A DNA stretch of 64,000 bases from Polyangiaceae bacterium (lineage in GTDB: Bacteria > Myxococcota_A > Polyangia > Polyangiales > Polyangiaceae), in assembly GCA_044376115.1 (NCBI GenBank), contig JBILLK010000008.1, forward strand, positions 192,001 through 256,000, read 5' to 3'. The notes beneath the pieces were generated by a model. That model saw only the letters and a list, made by a program, of their open reading frames with translations, was not told the origin of the DNA and searched no databases. A program made the position numbers and the translations under genes. Positions 38,832 to 47,753 of this stretch are shown here, piece by piece. Numbering within the stretch: position 1 is the stretch's first letter; the number at the start of each line of letters is the position of its first letter.

Positions 38832-39707
38832 ATGAGTGAGATGAGTGTTCTCTTCGGTAGGCCTTCACGGGGTCCGAGCTTCGATGATGGCTATGAGCTC
38901 GAGGTGCTCGCGGCGGAGGAGCTCGACGTCGAGTCGTACGCGATTCACCTGGATGGGATCGTCAATGGCGACGCCGAGCGGTCGCTCATGACGTTGCCGC
39001 GCCCCGCCGGGCGGACGTGGGTCTACCGCGGCTGGATGCTCGACGAAGCCGAGTACACGCTGCTTTACGATGCTATCTTGGACCGCGGAGAGCAGCTGCA
39101 TGTCGACCCGGACAGCTTCGCGCTCACCAGCCTGATGCCGAATTACCTACCTATCCTCGGCGACCGTACTCCCCAATCGGTGTGGACGGAGAGCGAGAGC
39201 GTCAAGGAAGCTTGGGAGGTCGCACAGAGCCTGGGCGCACCGCCGTGGGTGGTAAAGGACCACGTGAAGAGCGCGAAGGAGCACTGGCACCGCGCGTGCT
39301 TTGTGCCTGCGTCCGCTGGGTTCGAGGACTTTCGCGACGTGTGTGAAGAGCTGCTCGCGATTCGTGGCGACCGCTTCGAACGAGGCTTCGTGATTCGGCG
39401 CTTCGTAGAGCTCGCACACCTGCGCGGCTTCACCCCGGACGGGCGACGCGTACCCGACGAGCATCGCTTGGTGTTCTGGAACGGAGAACTGGTCGCGCAC
39501 GCGCCCATCTACGATGTAGACGCCGCTTTCGATGACGCGCGCGCCTTCGAATGGCTCGGAGACGAAGTCGACTCACCCTTCTTCGTCGCCGACGTCGCGC
39601 GCCTCTCGGCGGGAGGCTTTACGGTGGTTGAGCTGAACGACGGCGGCTCGGCGATTCTGCCGGAGCGGCTCGATCCACGGGAGCTTTACCGCGCTATCGC
39701 GGAGTGA
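38832..39707 (+). CDS. ATP-grasp domain protein (R2K-clade-like)
   Basis: YRGWML, VVKDHVKS, GFVIRRFVEL, EHRLVF, SPFFVADVA, VVELNDG; GGAGGAG RBS. Confidence 0.82.
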   Translation: MSEMSVLFGRPSRGPSFDDGYELEVLAAEELDVESYAIHLDGIVNGDAERSLMTLPRPAGRTWVYRGWMLDEAEYTLLYDAILDRGEQLHVDPDSFALTSLMPNYLPILGDRTPQSVWTESESVKEAWEVAQSLGAPPWVVKDHVKSAKEHWHRACFVPASAGFEDFRDVCEELLAIRGDRFERGFVIRRFVELAHLRGFTPDGRRVPDEHRLVFWNGELVAHAPIYDVDAAFDDARAFEWLGDEVDSPFFVADVARLSAGGFTVVELNDGGSAILPERLDPRELYRAIAE

Positions 39708-39807
39708 GGCGGAACGGCATGAGGCGCGCGAGGGCAAGCTCCTAGGTGACGCCTTGAGCGGCTCATCCGTTTTTATCGGCGCGCTGGGTGTAGTAGCTTC
39801 CGATGTT

Positions 39808-40839
39808 ATGTCCGTCGACCGGTTGCTGCTGAAGAACTTCACCACCTTCGAGAAGGTCAACCTTCAGCTGAACGGCGGACTCAACGTGTTCATTGGTGAG
39901 AACGCGACGGGCAAGTCGCACGCAATGAAGGCGATGTACGCGGCGCTTCGCTTCGAGCACGACCGTCACGACCGCTTCGGCTCTTCACTTTCAGAGGTCT
40001 TTCTCCCGGACGGATCGGACCTCCGAAGACTGGTACGCAGGCCCCCTCCGCGCACTTCGAAGAAAAACGCGGTGATTGAACTCAGGGCGGATGGAAAGTC
40101 GTTCCGATACGAGATCGACGCGACGACGGGGGACGGGACCAAGCAGGGCGCGCTAGCAAAAAATGGCTCAGCGCTGTTTGTTCCAACTCGCGAAGCCCTC
40201 GCCATGCATGAAGGTTTCGTGAGCGCAGTAGAAGAGCGTGAACTGTCGTTCGATGCCACCTACGTCGACCTTGCAAAGGCCCTCGGCGCTGCAAGGCTGA
40301 AGGACCCGAGTTCAAACCTTGGAGCGCTGCAAAAGAAGTTACAGGAGCTCTTACACGGCAGCGTCTTTCTGCAATCCGGCAGGTTCTACCTGAAGCAACG
40401 CTCCCTCGTGCTCAAGAAAGGGTCGAAGCCGTTGGCAGCGTGGGCAAAGGAAGGGGTTGAAGCCCACTTGATGTCCGAGGGTCAGCGCAAACTTGGAAGC
40501 ATCGAGCGCCTGCTCACGAACGGGAGGCTGAAGAAGGGTTCGGTTTTCTTTTGGGATGAGCCCGAGGCCAACCTCAATCCTCGTTTGATTGCAGTTGTTT
40601 CCGAGCTGCTGATCGAGATGGCGCTAAGCGGAATCCAGGTGATCGTGGCATCACACGACTACCTTCTTTGCGAGAGAATCAACCTGCGCGCGAAAAAGGA
40701 CACGGCGACATTCTTCTCATTCAGCCGCGGTGACAATGGCGCGGTTGACGTTGAGGCAGCCACCGAGCTCGATGAACTCACCTCGAATCCCATTCGGGAA
40801 GAGTTCTTGGCCTTGTACGATCTTCGCCGAGGTCTTTGA
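39808..40839 (+). CDS. ABC/AAA_21-type ATPase without membrane domain
   Basis: LKNFTTF, Walker A GENATGKS, signature MSEGQRK, Walker B/D-loop FWDEPEANLNP, H-loop ASHD. Confidence 0.9.
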   Translation: MSVDRLLLKNFTTFEKVNLQLNGGLNVFIGENATGKSHAMKAMYAALRFEHDRHDRFGSSLSEVFLPDGSDLRRLVRRPPPRTSKKNAVIELRADGKSFRYEIDATTGDGTKQGALAKNGSALFVPTREALAMHEGFVSAVEERELSFDATYVDLAKALGAARLKDPSSNLGALQKKLQELLHGSVFLQSGRFYLKQRSLVLKKGSKPLAAWAKEGVEAHLMSEGQRKLGSIERLLTNGRLKKGSVFFWDEPEANLNPRLIAVVSELLIEMALSGIQVIVASHDYLLCERINLRAKKDTATFFSFSRGDNGAVDVEAATELDELTSNPIREEFLALYDLRRGL

Positions 40840-40840
40840 G

Positions 40841-41386
40841 GTGGCGAGCTTCGTATTCAAGGAGTCGCGCCTTACGTTCACGATGAGGGCGAAGCGCGCG
40901 TTCCAGTGGGACACGCATCCCGGCTACCGCGACGGGTGTGGCAAGCTCGCCGCAACCAAAGCTGTCGACTTCTGCGTCGTCACCGAGGCGGACGAAGCGT
41001 TCTTGATCGAAGTAAAGAACATCCGCGACTACGTTATTCCCAACAAGGACCGTGACTGGCGAGCCGAAATCGAACGCAAGGTTCGAGACACACTCGCCAG
41101 TTTGCTCTGGGCGAGCGCGCGCAATAGCCAGTGGAAGCCCGACGTCGACACCTTCGTCTCCACATGGTTGAAGAAGAATGGCTCAGGACTAATGGGGATT
41201 CTCTGGCTTGAAGAAGACCAACCGGGGGGAGAGCTGGACGCGCTGACAACCGATCTTTCGCACCGGCTACGGTCGCTGGGAGTTCGGGCACTCGCAGTCT
41301 CGACGGCTACCGAATCAAAGTGCGCCACGCCGAAACTCAGAACGTGGCTCGAGGTCGTTGGGTCGCCCAATCGTCCGCGCCGGTAG
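40841..41386 (+). CDS. Putative PD-(D/E)xK nuclease-fold protein coupled to the ATPase
   Basis: GTG start 1 nt after the ATPase stop; KAVDF...FLIEVKN...KVRDT. Confidence 0.65.
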   Translation: MASFVFKESRLTFTMRAKRAFQWDTHPGYRDGCGKLAATKAVDFCVVTEADEAFLIEVKNIRDYVIPNKDRDWRAEIERKVRDTLASLLWASARNSQWKPDVDTFVSTWLKKNGSGLMGILWLEEDQPGGELDALTTDLSHRLRSLGVRALAVSTATESKCATPKLRTWLEVVGSPNRPRR

Positions 41387-41410
41387 CGCCGATTTCGCTG
41401 TGTTCCGGGC

Positions 41411-42337
41411 CTATGACAGGAACGGCAGCACCGCGCTAACGAGCCGCTCCGGCGTATCCACGTGCGCGAAGTGGCTGGTGTCTGCGAGTTTGACGAAGGT
41501 GCTGTCGGGGCAAAGGGCCTTGAGTCGGTCGCCGATCGCCGGCGGCACCATCGGATCTTTATCGGCATAAACCAACATCAACGGGACGGGGAAGGCCTGG
41601 CCGCAGTCGCGCCGCTCTTGCAACTGCTGCTCGAATAACCGCATATCGGCGGCGCCGAGCGCCTCACGCAAATAGCGAACGAGGCAGACGGCGCCCGCCG
41701 GGTCGGCCAAGACCGAGCCGTATTCCTCCGCCTCTTCCAGCGACTTTAGGCTCTCATCGTAGTAGTGCACGTTCTTATGAACGAAACGTTTGGGCGATAG
41801 GCCGAATACGCGCGCGAGGACGGTTTCAATGCCCGGCACCGACAAGGCGATGGAGAGCGCCTTCATACGAGCATCCGCGAGCCCCGGGGAATGCAGGTTA
41901 ACCAGGCGACCAAACAAAGCTTCATCCTGCAAAGCGGCGTGCATACATAAATAGCCGCCCATTGAATTGCCAAGCGCTGCGCAGCCTCGAATCTCGAGGG
42001 CATCCACCAGCGTTGAAAGTAGGTTAGCGAACGCCCTTGGGCTGTGTTCACGCTGTGGAACCCGCTCGCTCCGCCCGGCGCCGGGCAAGTCAGGGACGAT
42101 CAGTCGAAAGTGAGCGCCCAAAAGCTCAAGCACATAACGGAAGGAGTACGACGAGGTCATCAAGCCGTGCACCAACAAGAGCGGCGGCCCTTTGCCGGCA
42201 AACCGCACATGCACCCGCACCTTACCGAAGCCTGACGTATCGAGCTGAAGCTCGCGTACCTCCATATCGAAGTACGAATGCGCCCGGCGCGGCTCGAGCG
42301 GCAGCTCGGCGAAGCTCCCCTGCGTGAACGGCTTCAT
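41411..42337 (-). CDS. Alpha/beta-fold hydrolase
   Basis: GKGPPLLLVHGL, PDLPGAGRS, GNSMGG, DKDPMVP, SHFAHVDTPE. Confidence 0.92.
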   Translation of the reverse strand: MKPFTQGSFAELPLEPRRAHSYFDMEVRELQLDTSGFGKVRVHVRFAGKGPPLLLVHGLMTSSYSFRYVLELLGAHFRLIVPDLPGAGRSERVPQREHSPRAFANLLSTLVDALEIRGCAALGNSMGGYLCMHAALQDEALFGRLVNLHSPGLADARMKALSIALSVPGIETVLARVFGLSPKRFVHKNVHYYDESLKSLEEAEEYGSVLADPAGAVCLVRYLREALGAADMRLFEQQLQERRDCGQAFPVPLMLVYADKDPMVPPAIGDRLKALCPDSTFVKLADTSHFAHVDTPERLVSAVLPFLS

Positions 42338-42426
42338 CGTAGCGTTGTACCTCCAACCGTCAGGCCGCCCAAGTTGCACGTGGGCCGTCAGCTACGCAGC
42401 AGTTGGTGCGTCGCTCGAGGGACATC

Positions 42427-42443
42427 ATTCCGCCGAAGGCGGA
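42427..42443. repeat. Third copy of the ATTCCGCCGAAGGCG(GA) hairpin, just upstream of tRNA-Asn
   Basis: TCCGCC-GAA-GGCGGA perfect stem; same core as 17538-17577. Confidence 0.6.
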
Positions 42444-42457
42444 TGCAGCAATCACAT

Positions 42458-42529
42458 TCCTGCGTAGCTCAATGGCAGAGCGCCCGGCTGTTAACCGGAT
42501 TGTTGGAGGTTCGAGTCCTCCCGCAGGAG
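42458..42529 (+). tRNA. tRNA-Asn (anticodon GTT); CCA not encoded
   Basis: Acceptor TCCTGCG/CGCAGGA; D-arm GCTC-AATGGCA-GAGC; CCGG-CT-GTT-AA-CCGG; T-arm GGAGG-TTCGAGT-CCTCC. Confidence 0.95.
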
Positions 42530-42540
42530 CTCCCTGGCGG

Positions 42541-43323
42541 TCACATCGGGTCTGTGACGGTGAAGGCGACCTCCTCGGTGATTCCCAGCGAGGTGACACC
42601 GAGCCTGAGCTCGCCTGCCTCGAGCGGGCGAACGTTGTAGTACGTAGCGTCCGAGAACCAGATAGGACTGATCTCGGCGGCGCCGGAAAGGGCCTCCAAG
42701 GCAGCAGCCTCAGGACGATAAAGAAGGTCTCCGGAGGCAGTCACCGGGGCTGCCGCGAAGTAGTAGTCCTGGCCCGAGGTGAGCGCGGTTACCTCCGTTC
42801 CGTCCGCGGGGTCGAACATGGCGACCTGGAGGTCTTGGGCGCGCGCGACGTTGAGATCGTAGGTGGCAACCTCCTCTCCGCCGAGCAAGACGGCCAGCGA
42901 TGCCGCGCCCTCTGTATCTGCCGAGCGAACGCGAAGGTTCACGACGAAGGGAAAGGCGGAGTCGTTTTCCAAGGGGCCACATTCCACCGAGCCGATCTCC
43001 ACGACCTCGAGAGCGCCCGACGCCTGGACGTCCAAAGCGCTTGGTCGCTCCACAAACGTCAGCGCGTAGTCCACTTCCGAGGAGACAGGGACCGGCGCGT
43101 GGGGGCTAGCTCGAAGGCCGTTGAGGTCGACGTCATTGGTGTCGTCGCCGAGTTCGCTTGAGCCGCCGGCCCCACCGAATGACTGATAGTCGCCGACCTG
43201 GATTTCGCACGCTATCTCCTCGAACATGGGGTCAAAGTCGATGTTGATGTCGTCGAGGTTGCAGGCAGTAAGCGGGGCGGAGAGAACGAAGGTAAGGGCG
43301 AAGCTAAGAAGCGCGGATCGCAT
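42541..43323 (-). CDS. Acidic hypothetical lipoprotein (Ig-like beta content)
   Basis: Lipobox LTAC; beta-strand-rich sequence. Confidence 0.7.
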   Translation of the reverse strand: MRSALLSFALTFVLSAPLTACNLDDINIDFDPMFEEIACEIQVGDYQSFGGAGGSSELGDDTNDVDLNGLRASPHAPVPVSSEVDYALTFVERPSALDVQASGALEVVEIGSVECGPLENDSAFPFVVNLRVRSADTEGAASLAVLLGGEEVATYDLNVARAQDLQVAMFDPADGTEVTALTSGQDYYFAAAPVTASGDLLYRPEAAALEALSGAAEISPIWFSDATYYNVRPLEAGELRLGVTSLGITEEVAFTVTDPM

Positions 43324-43415
43324 ATGCCGCGCCTAAGGCAAGTCGCTTGCCAGCGCGAAATCCCGATAGATACTGGCCCAGGCTTCGCGCGCCGTATGGC
43401 AAGCAAGTCACACCG

Positions 43416-44354
43416 CTAATAGGTCCGCTCGCGTGGGTCGGGCGAGTGGAGTACGGGTTCGCTTCGTAGGCTGTAGGCGTCGAAGCCCCCTATGTCATTG
43501 GCGAGAAACTGCCCATTGGCCGAGCACGCGAGCGATCCCGAAAAGGTCGCCTTGCTTCGGAGCCCATGCCACGAGTCTTCGTGGTCTTGCTTGTAGTACC
43601 AATCGTCGCCGCAGCGCAGGTTCATGTAGGAGCCATACTGGAGCGGCGTTCGTAGCTCGACCGTGCCGTCGGCAGCGCTCATGACGTAGCCATCGGGACC
43701 TGTCGAGATCAGATAGCGACCATCACGGGACAGCGTACCGGGGCCCGGCGCGCTTAGCGCGCGCGGGTGCGCCAGCTGCGGCCAGTCAACCGCGATGTAA
43801 CTCCTGTCATCGACCTTCTTCGGCCAGTCACAGCCCACGATCATCGTGGAACCCCGAACCTCGTACTCGCACGACCACACGCACGAGTCGGCGCATCCGA
43901 CCTCGTCCGCCTTGCGAAGACGCCTGTCCGTTCCGTAGGGCCACGGGACTGCAATCCATTGGCTGCCCACCTGGAGCGCCGTGTGGACGATCTCGCCCTC
44001 CAGCTCTTGGTGCAGCACGACGGCAGGGAGGTCTGTACGCCGCCCGGCTGTGCGCGCATCTGCAAGACCGGCGGCCCCTGGTTCGTCGTGCAGCGCGAAT
44101 CCACCCTCAGGCAGGCGGGCATACCGGCGTGTTGTCCCCTCGGTCGCGAGCACCACGTCCGAAGCGCGCGAACTCTCTTCGCTGGGCGGCGCCTCGATCA
44201 GCAGGCGATTCGAGTACCGTGGAAGCACCGCTCCGGTCTCGATGGGTGCGCCGTTGTTGGTCCCTTCAGATGGTTGCACCGGGCTGGGACGCACGCATCC
44301 GGCGCAAAGATCGAGCATGGCGAGGGCGACGAGTGGGGCGCGAAGAGAGGTCAT
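43416..44354 (-). CDS. Hypothetical lipoprotein
   Basis: Lipobox CAGC; LSRDGRYL and CSANGQFL resemble beta-propeller blade ends. Confidence 0.6.
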   Translation of the reverse strand: MTSLRAPLVALAMLDLCAGCVRPSPVQPSEGTNNGAPIETGAVLPRYSNRLLIEAPPSEESSRASDVVLATEGTTRRYARLPEGGFALHDEPGAAGLADARTAGRRTDLPAVVLHQELEGEIVHTALQVGSQWIAVPWPYGTDRRLRKADEVGCADSCVWSCEYEVRGSTMIVGCDWPKKVDDRSYIAVDWPQLAHPRALSAPGPGTLSRDGRYLISTGPDGYVMSAADGTVELRTPLQYGSYMNLRCGDDWYYKQDHEDSWHGLRSKATFSGSLACSANGQFLANDIGGFDAYSLRSEPVLHSPDPRERTY

Positions 44355-44855
44355 GGTCTTAGGACGTTTAAGGGGGTGCGAGCGTTAACCCGAATTCGAG
44401 CGATGGGCATGTCCACGGCACGAACGAGGTCGGCACGGGGCTTGGCGAAGTTGCGCGGGCGAAGGAGATCGCGAGGCGTCTGGAGGTCGCTGCGTCTCTA
44501 GACGATCAGCGCGCCATCGCAGACGTGCTTGCCATGGCAGACCTACCCACGTCGCAGGCTGACCTCGTGCGCGACGGGCGATCGTACGCGGCTGAGGCAG
44601 CCAAGCTCGCATTGACCGATCCGCCGGCAGCAGCACGCGCGTATGGCCGTGCGCGACATCTCTTCGAATTCGCAACCGGCGTCAGGAGCCGACGCGTTAC
44701 GATCGATTCCAAAGCGTCGGTGGCGAGGGGGTTAGCGGGCACCTCTGTCTGATTGGGACGTTACTAACACCCCTTCGGGTGTGCCGGAGCTGACTCGGTC
44801 GCTGCGGTGAACGCGCGTGGGTCCCAACGCCGATCGAAACTGGTAGCGTCCGCTT

Positions 44856-45569
44856 ATGCCGAGCAACGCTACAAAACCAACGCCCAAGAAGGCCGCTTCC
44901 AAGAAGGCCGCCGCTCCCAAGAAGGCCGCCGCTCCCAAGAAGGCCGCCGCTCCCAAGAAGCCCGCTGCTCCGAAGAAGCCCGCTGCTCCGAAGAAGCCCG
45001 CTGCTCCCAAGAAGGCCGCTGCTCCGAAGAAGGCCGCTCCTAAGAAGCCCGCTCCCAAGAAGGCCGCGCCCAAGAAGGCCGCTCCGAAGAAGGCCGCTCC
45101 CAAGAAGGCCGCTCCCAAGAAGGCCGCTGCTCCGAAGAAGGCCGCGCCCAAGAAGGCCGCTCCCAAGAAGGCCGCTCCCAAGCAGTCACACCTCTATGGG
45201 ATGTCGCTGACCGACTTCACGAAGCGGCTCCCGGGTTGGCAGCAGCAAGTGCTCGAGCAGCTCGCGTCACTCATCCGTGAGGTGGCACCCAACGTAACCT
45301 CGACCATCAAATGGGCGCAGCCGGTGTTCGAGCACAACGGTCCACTCGCGTTCGTCAAGCCTGCGAAACAGCACGTCACGTTCGGACTTTGGCGCGGCAC
45401 CGAGCTGAGCGATCCGCACGGCCTGCTACAGGGCGCCGGAACGCGCATGAAGCACATCAAGATCGCCAAGAACGATGCCATCCCGGTGACGCTGCTGCAG
45501 CGGCTCGTGGAGGAGGCTTTGCGTTTGAACGAGAAGCACGGCGATCCGACGCGCAAGGGCGCACGGTGA
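44856..45569 (+). CDS. Histone-H1-like Lys/Ala/Pro repeat fused to a DUF1801 (YdhG-like) domain
   Basis: 18 KK(A/P)A(A)P-type units, then LIREVAPNVTSTIKWAQPVF...KQHVTFG...DPHGLLQGAGTRMKHIKI. Confidence 0.85.
   Translation: MPSNATKPTPKKAASKKAAAPKKAAAPKKAAAPKKPAAPKKPAAPKKPAAPKKAAAPKKAAPKKPAPKKAAPKKAAPKKAAPKKAAPKKAAAPKKAAPKKAAPKKAAPKQSHLYGMSLTDFTKRLPGWQQQVLEQLASLIREVAPNVTSTIKWAQPVFEHNGPLAFVKPAKQHVTFGLWRGTELSDPHGLLQGAGTRMKHIKIAKNDAIPVTLLQRLVEEALRLNEKHGDPTRKGAR
44883..45182 (+). repeat. Coding tandem repeat of 15/18-bp units (CCCAAGAAGGCCGC(CGC)T)
   Basis: Directly visible. Confidence 0.95.
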
Positions 45570-46087
45570 GCGAGCAACCGTTTGATCCTGTGCTCAACGT
45601 TGACGATGCGCCGCGTGAAGGCGGCGAGGATGCAGCGCCTTGGGCCTCGCACTGGAAGGTGCTGACCCCTCAAATGCGCGCGGCCGGAGGGAAACTCGGC
45701 GTCGTGCAAAACACGTTACCGCCGGGGAGCGTGGGCTGTCCGTTTCACTGGCACGCGCGAGAAGATGAGGTGTTCTTCATCCTCTCCGGGCGAGGTCGGC
45801 TGCGCTACGGCGACAAGACCCGGGAGCTCCGAGCAGGCGACTGCATCTCCTGTCCCGCGGGCACTCGTGTGGCCCATCAGATCGCGAATCCCTACGAGGA
45901 AGACCTCGTGTATCTGGCCATGGGCCCGTACGACCCGCATGAGGTCTGCGGTTACCCGGACTCCGGCAAAGTGATGGTGAGGGCGCTCAAGAGCGTCGGC
46001 CGCCTCGAGAAGACGGACTACACCGAAGGCGAGCCCAACCCGCCGCTGATCCTTACGCCCGCGCCCGACGCAGACGGCGAGCGATGA
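45566..46087 (+). CDS. Cupin domain protein
   Basis: LPPG...PFHWHAREDEVFFILSG...GDCISCPAG..AHQIAN; YPDSGK; GTGA overlap. Confidence 0.9.
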   Translation: MSEQPFDPVLNVDDAPREGGEDAAPWASHWKVLTPQMRAAGGKLGVVQNTLPPGSVGCPFHWHAREDEVFFILSGRGRLRYGDKTRELRAGDCISCPAGTRVAHQIANPYEEDLVYLAMGPYDPHEVCGYPDSGKVMVRALKSVGRLEKTDYTEGEPNPPLILTPAPDADGER

Positions 46088-46181
46088 AACGTCCCTGGGA
46101 CATTGAAACAACGCATTAGAATATTGTCCAATGTGATGACATACCCCGCACGCGAGGAGATTTGCGCATCTAGGGTGCGTC

Positions 46182-47375
46182 ATGACCTACCTCACGCTGC
46201 TACGAACGCGACCGGCCTATCGGCGCCTGTGGGCCGCGGAGCTTGTCTCGCAGGTGGGCGATTGGTTCAGTCTCGTCGCGGTGAGTGTGGTGTCGCTCTC
46301 GGCGCCCGGCGGCGGGGTCATGGTGCTCGCGACAGCGCTCGCTGCGCACCTTCTTCCGCAGACGCTCGCGGCGCCCTTCGGTGGATGGCTCGCCGACCGA
46401 CTCGATAAGCGGCGCGTACTTGTCGGCAGCGCGGCGCTCGAAGGCGCTCTTACGGTTGGGATGGCGTTTGCGGCTGCGGCCGGGTCGGTGCTCCTGCTCC
46501 AGCTGCTGCTCGTGCTGCGCTCGATCGCGTCCAGCGCTCGCGAACCCGCCGCGGGAGCTGCGTTGCCGCGCTTGGTCGAGCCGTCCGAGTTGCGAATGGC
46601 GAACACGCTCGGCGCCGTAACGTGGAGCGTCTCGTTCGCAGTCGGGATGGCCCTCGGCGGGCTCGCAACGACGGTTGGTGCGACATTCGCGCTAGCCTTG
46701 GATGCAGTGACGTTCGCCATCGCTGGCGTTCTCCTTGCGCGGCTTCCCCCGCTGCTCGCGAGTGAACCCAACGCTGGGCGCGCAGCCACGCCACTCTCGG
46801 ACATTGCACGCGCGTTTCAGATCGCATGGCGGCCGGAACTGCGCCGCAGCGTGTTCGCCTTTGCGCCGATCGCGCTCGTCTCGGGGGCCGGATGGATCGC
46901 CTTGAACCTTGCGAGCCAAGCGCAACCGCTCGCCGCAGGAGCCGCCACGACCTTGGGCGCGCTGCAGGCCATTCGCGGGATTGGCACGGGCGTAGGACCG
47001 ATCCTGCTACGCAAGCGGTCTGCGCGCTGGGGAGCCGTAGCAGCCGCTGCAACGGCGGCCGGGGCGGCCTTCATGGCGTGGGCGCCCTCATTCTGGCTAG
47101 CGGCGTTCTCCGCCTTCTTGTGGGGCGCAGGTGGAGGCGCAATCTGGGTGCTGCTCACGACCGAGATCCAGGAAGCTTCGGAGGAGCAGGTCCGCGGGCG
47201 AATGATCGCCTTCGCGGGGATCGCCTTTGCGACGTCGATGGCGGCAGGCGCGCTCGGGACCGCGCTGCTGTATGAGCAGGGCTTCAGCATCCGCGGGACG
47301 GCGGCGTCCATCGCGCTTGCAAGCCTTCTCGTTTGGACGATGCTCCGGCGAGCCTCGACGCAAGACTCGCGCTGA
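46182..47375 (+). CDS. MFS transporter
   Basis: RRLWAAELVSQVGDWF, GGWLADRLDKRRVL, VRGR; about 12 hydrophobic segments. Confidence 0.9.
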   Translation: MTYLTLLRTRPAYRRLWAAELVSQVGDWFSLVAVSVVSLSAPGGGVMVLATALAAHLLPQTLAAPFGGWLADRLDKRRVLVGSAALEGALTVGMAFAAAAGSVLLLQLLLVLRSIASSAREPAAGAALPRLVEPSELRMANTLGAVTWSVSFAVGMALGGLATTVGATFALALDAVTFAIAGVLLARLPPLLASEPNAGRAATPLSDIARAFQIAWRPELRRSVFAFAPIALVSGAGWIALNLASQAQPLAAGAATTLGALQAIRGIGTGVGPILLRKRSARWGAVAAAATAAGAAFMAWAPSFWLAAFSAFLWGAGGGAIWVLLTTEIQEASEEQVRGRMIAFAGIAFATSMAAGALGTALLYEQGFSIRGTAASIALASLLVWTMLRRASTQDSR

Positions 47376-47486
47376 GCGAGACGAACGTCGCCACGGAGCC
47401 GCTGGAAGATATACATCTATATCCGTCGCTGACGACGGGCGCAGTCCCAGCTGGCACACGCGCGACTCCGAGCGCCGGCGAGCCAT

Positions 47487-47753
47487 TCAAGCGAGCCCCT
47501 TAATGTCCTTTGGCTCGAGCACGCCTTTTGCGGCTCCGCCGCTAGCGCAATGAATCATAGCGCGGCCGAGCTCCGCCTCAACGGCGGCGACGTCGCGAAA
47601 GTCTGCGACGACGCATTCGCGGAGCTTCGGATGCTCGAGGCCGTACGGGCGCCTCGACACCGAGAGGACGCTCGTGACCGCTTGATTCTCGAGGCACGCG
47701 AAGAGCACGCCCTCGCCGACGAAGCCGGTCAAACCCGTAAGGATCACCTTCAT
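47487..47753 (-). pseudogene. NAD-dependent epimerase-like gene with a large in-frame internal deletion
   Basis: Rossmann start MKVILTGLTGFVGEGVL joined directly to the family's C-terminus ELGRAMI...VLEPKDI; 88 aa. Confidence 0.7.

Noticed and set aside
33129..42529. Prophage or ICE at the tRNAs
   Set aside because: No integrase, phage or conjugation genes, and no att duplication seen.
44400..44752. Open frame DGHVHGTNEVG...ARHLFEFATG
   Set aside because: No convincing start or family; possibly a gene remnant, but unsupported.
44732..45181. GAAFL-repeat ORF resembling a pentapeptide or membrane protein
   Set aside because: Reverse complement of the PKKAA repeat; the plus strand continues into a recognisable DUF1801 domain.
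44883..45182. Possible CRISPR or non-coding repeat array
   Set aside because: Units are 15/18 bp without spacers and are in frame within a CDS.
47408..47438. GATATA-N4-TATATC and CCGTCG-N4-CGACGG palindromes between convergent genes
   Set aside because: Short 6-bp stems without a U-tract; could be chance.
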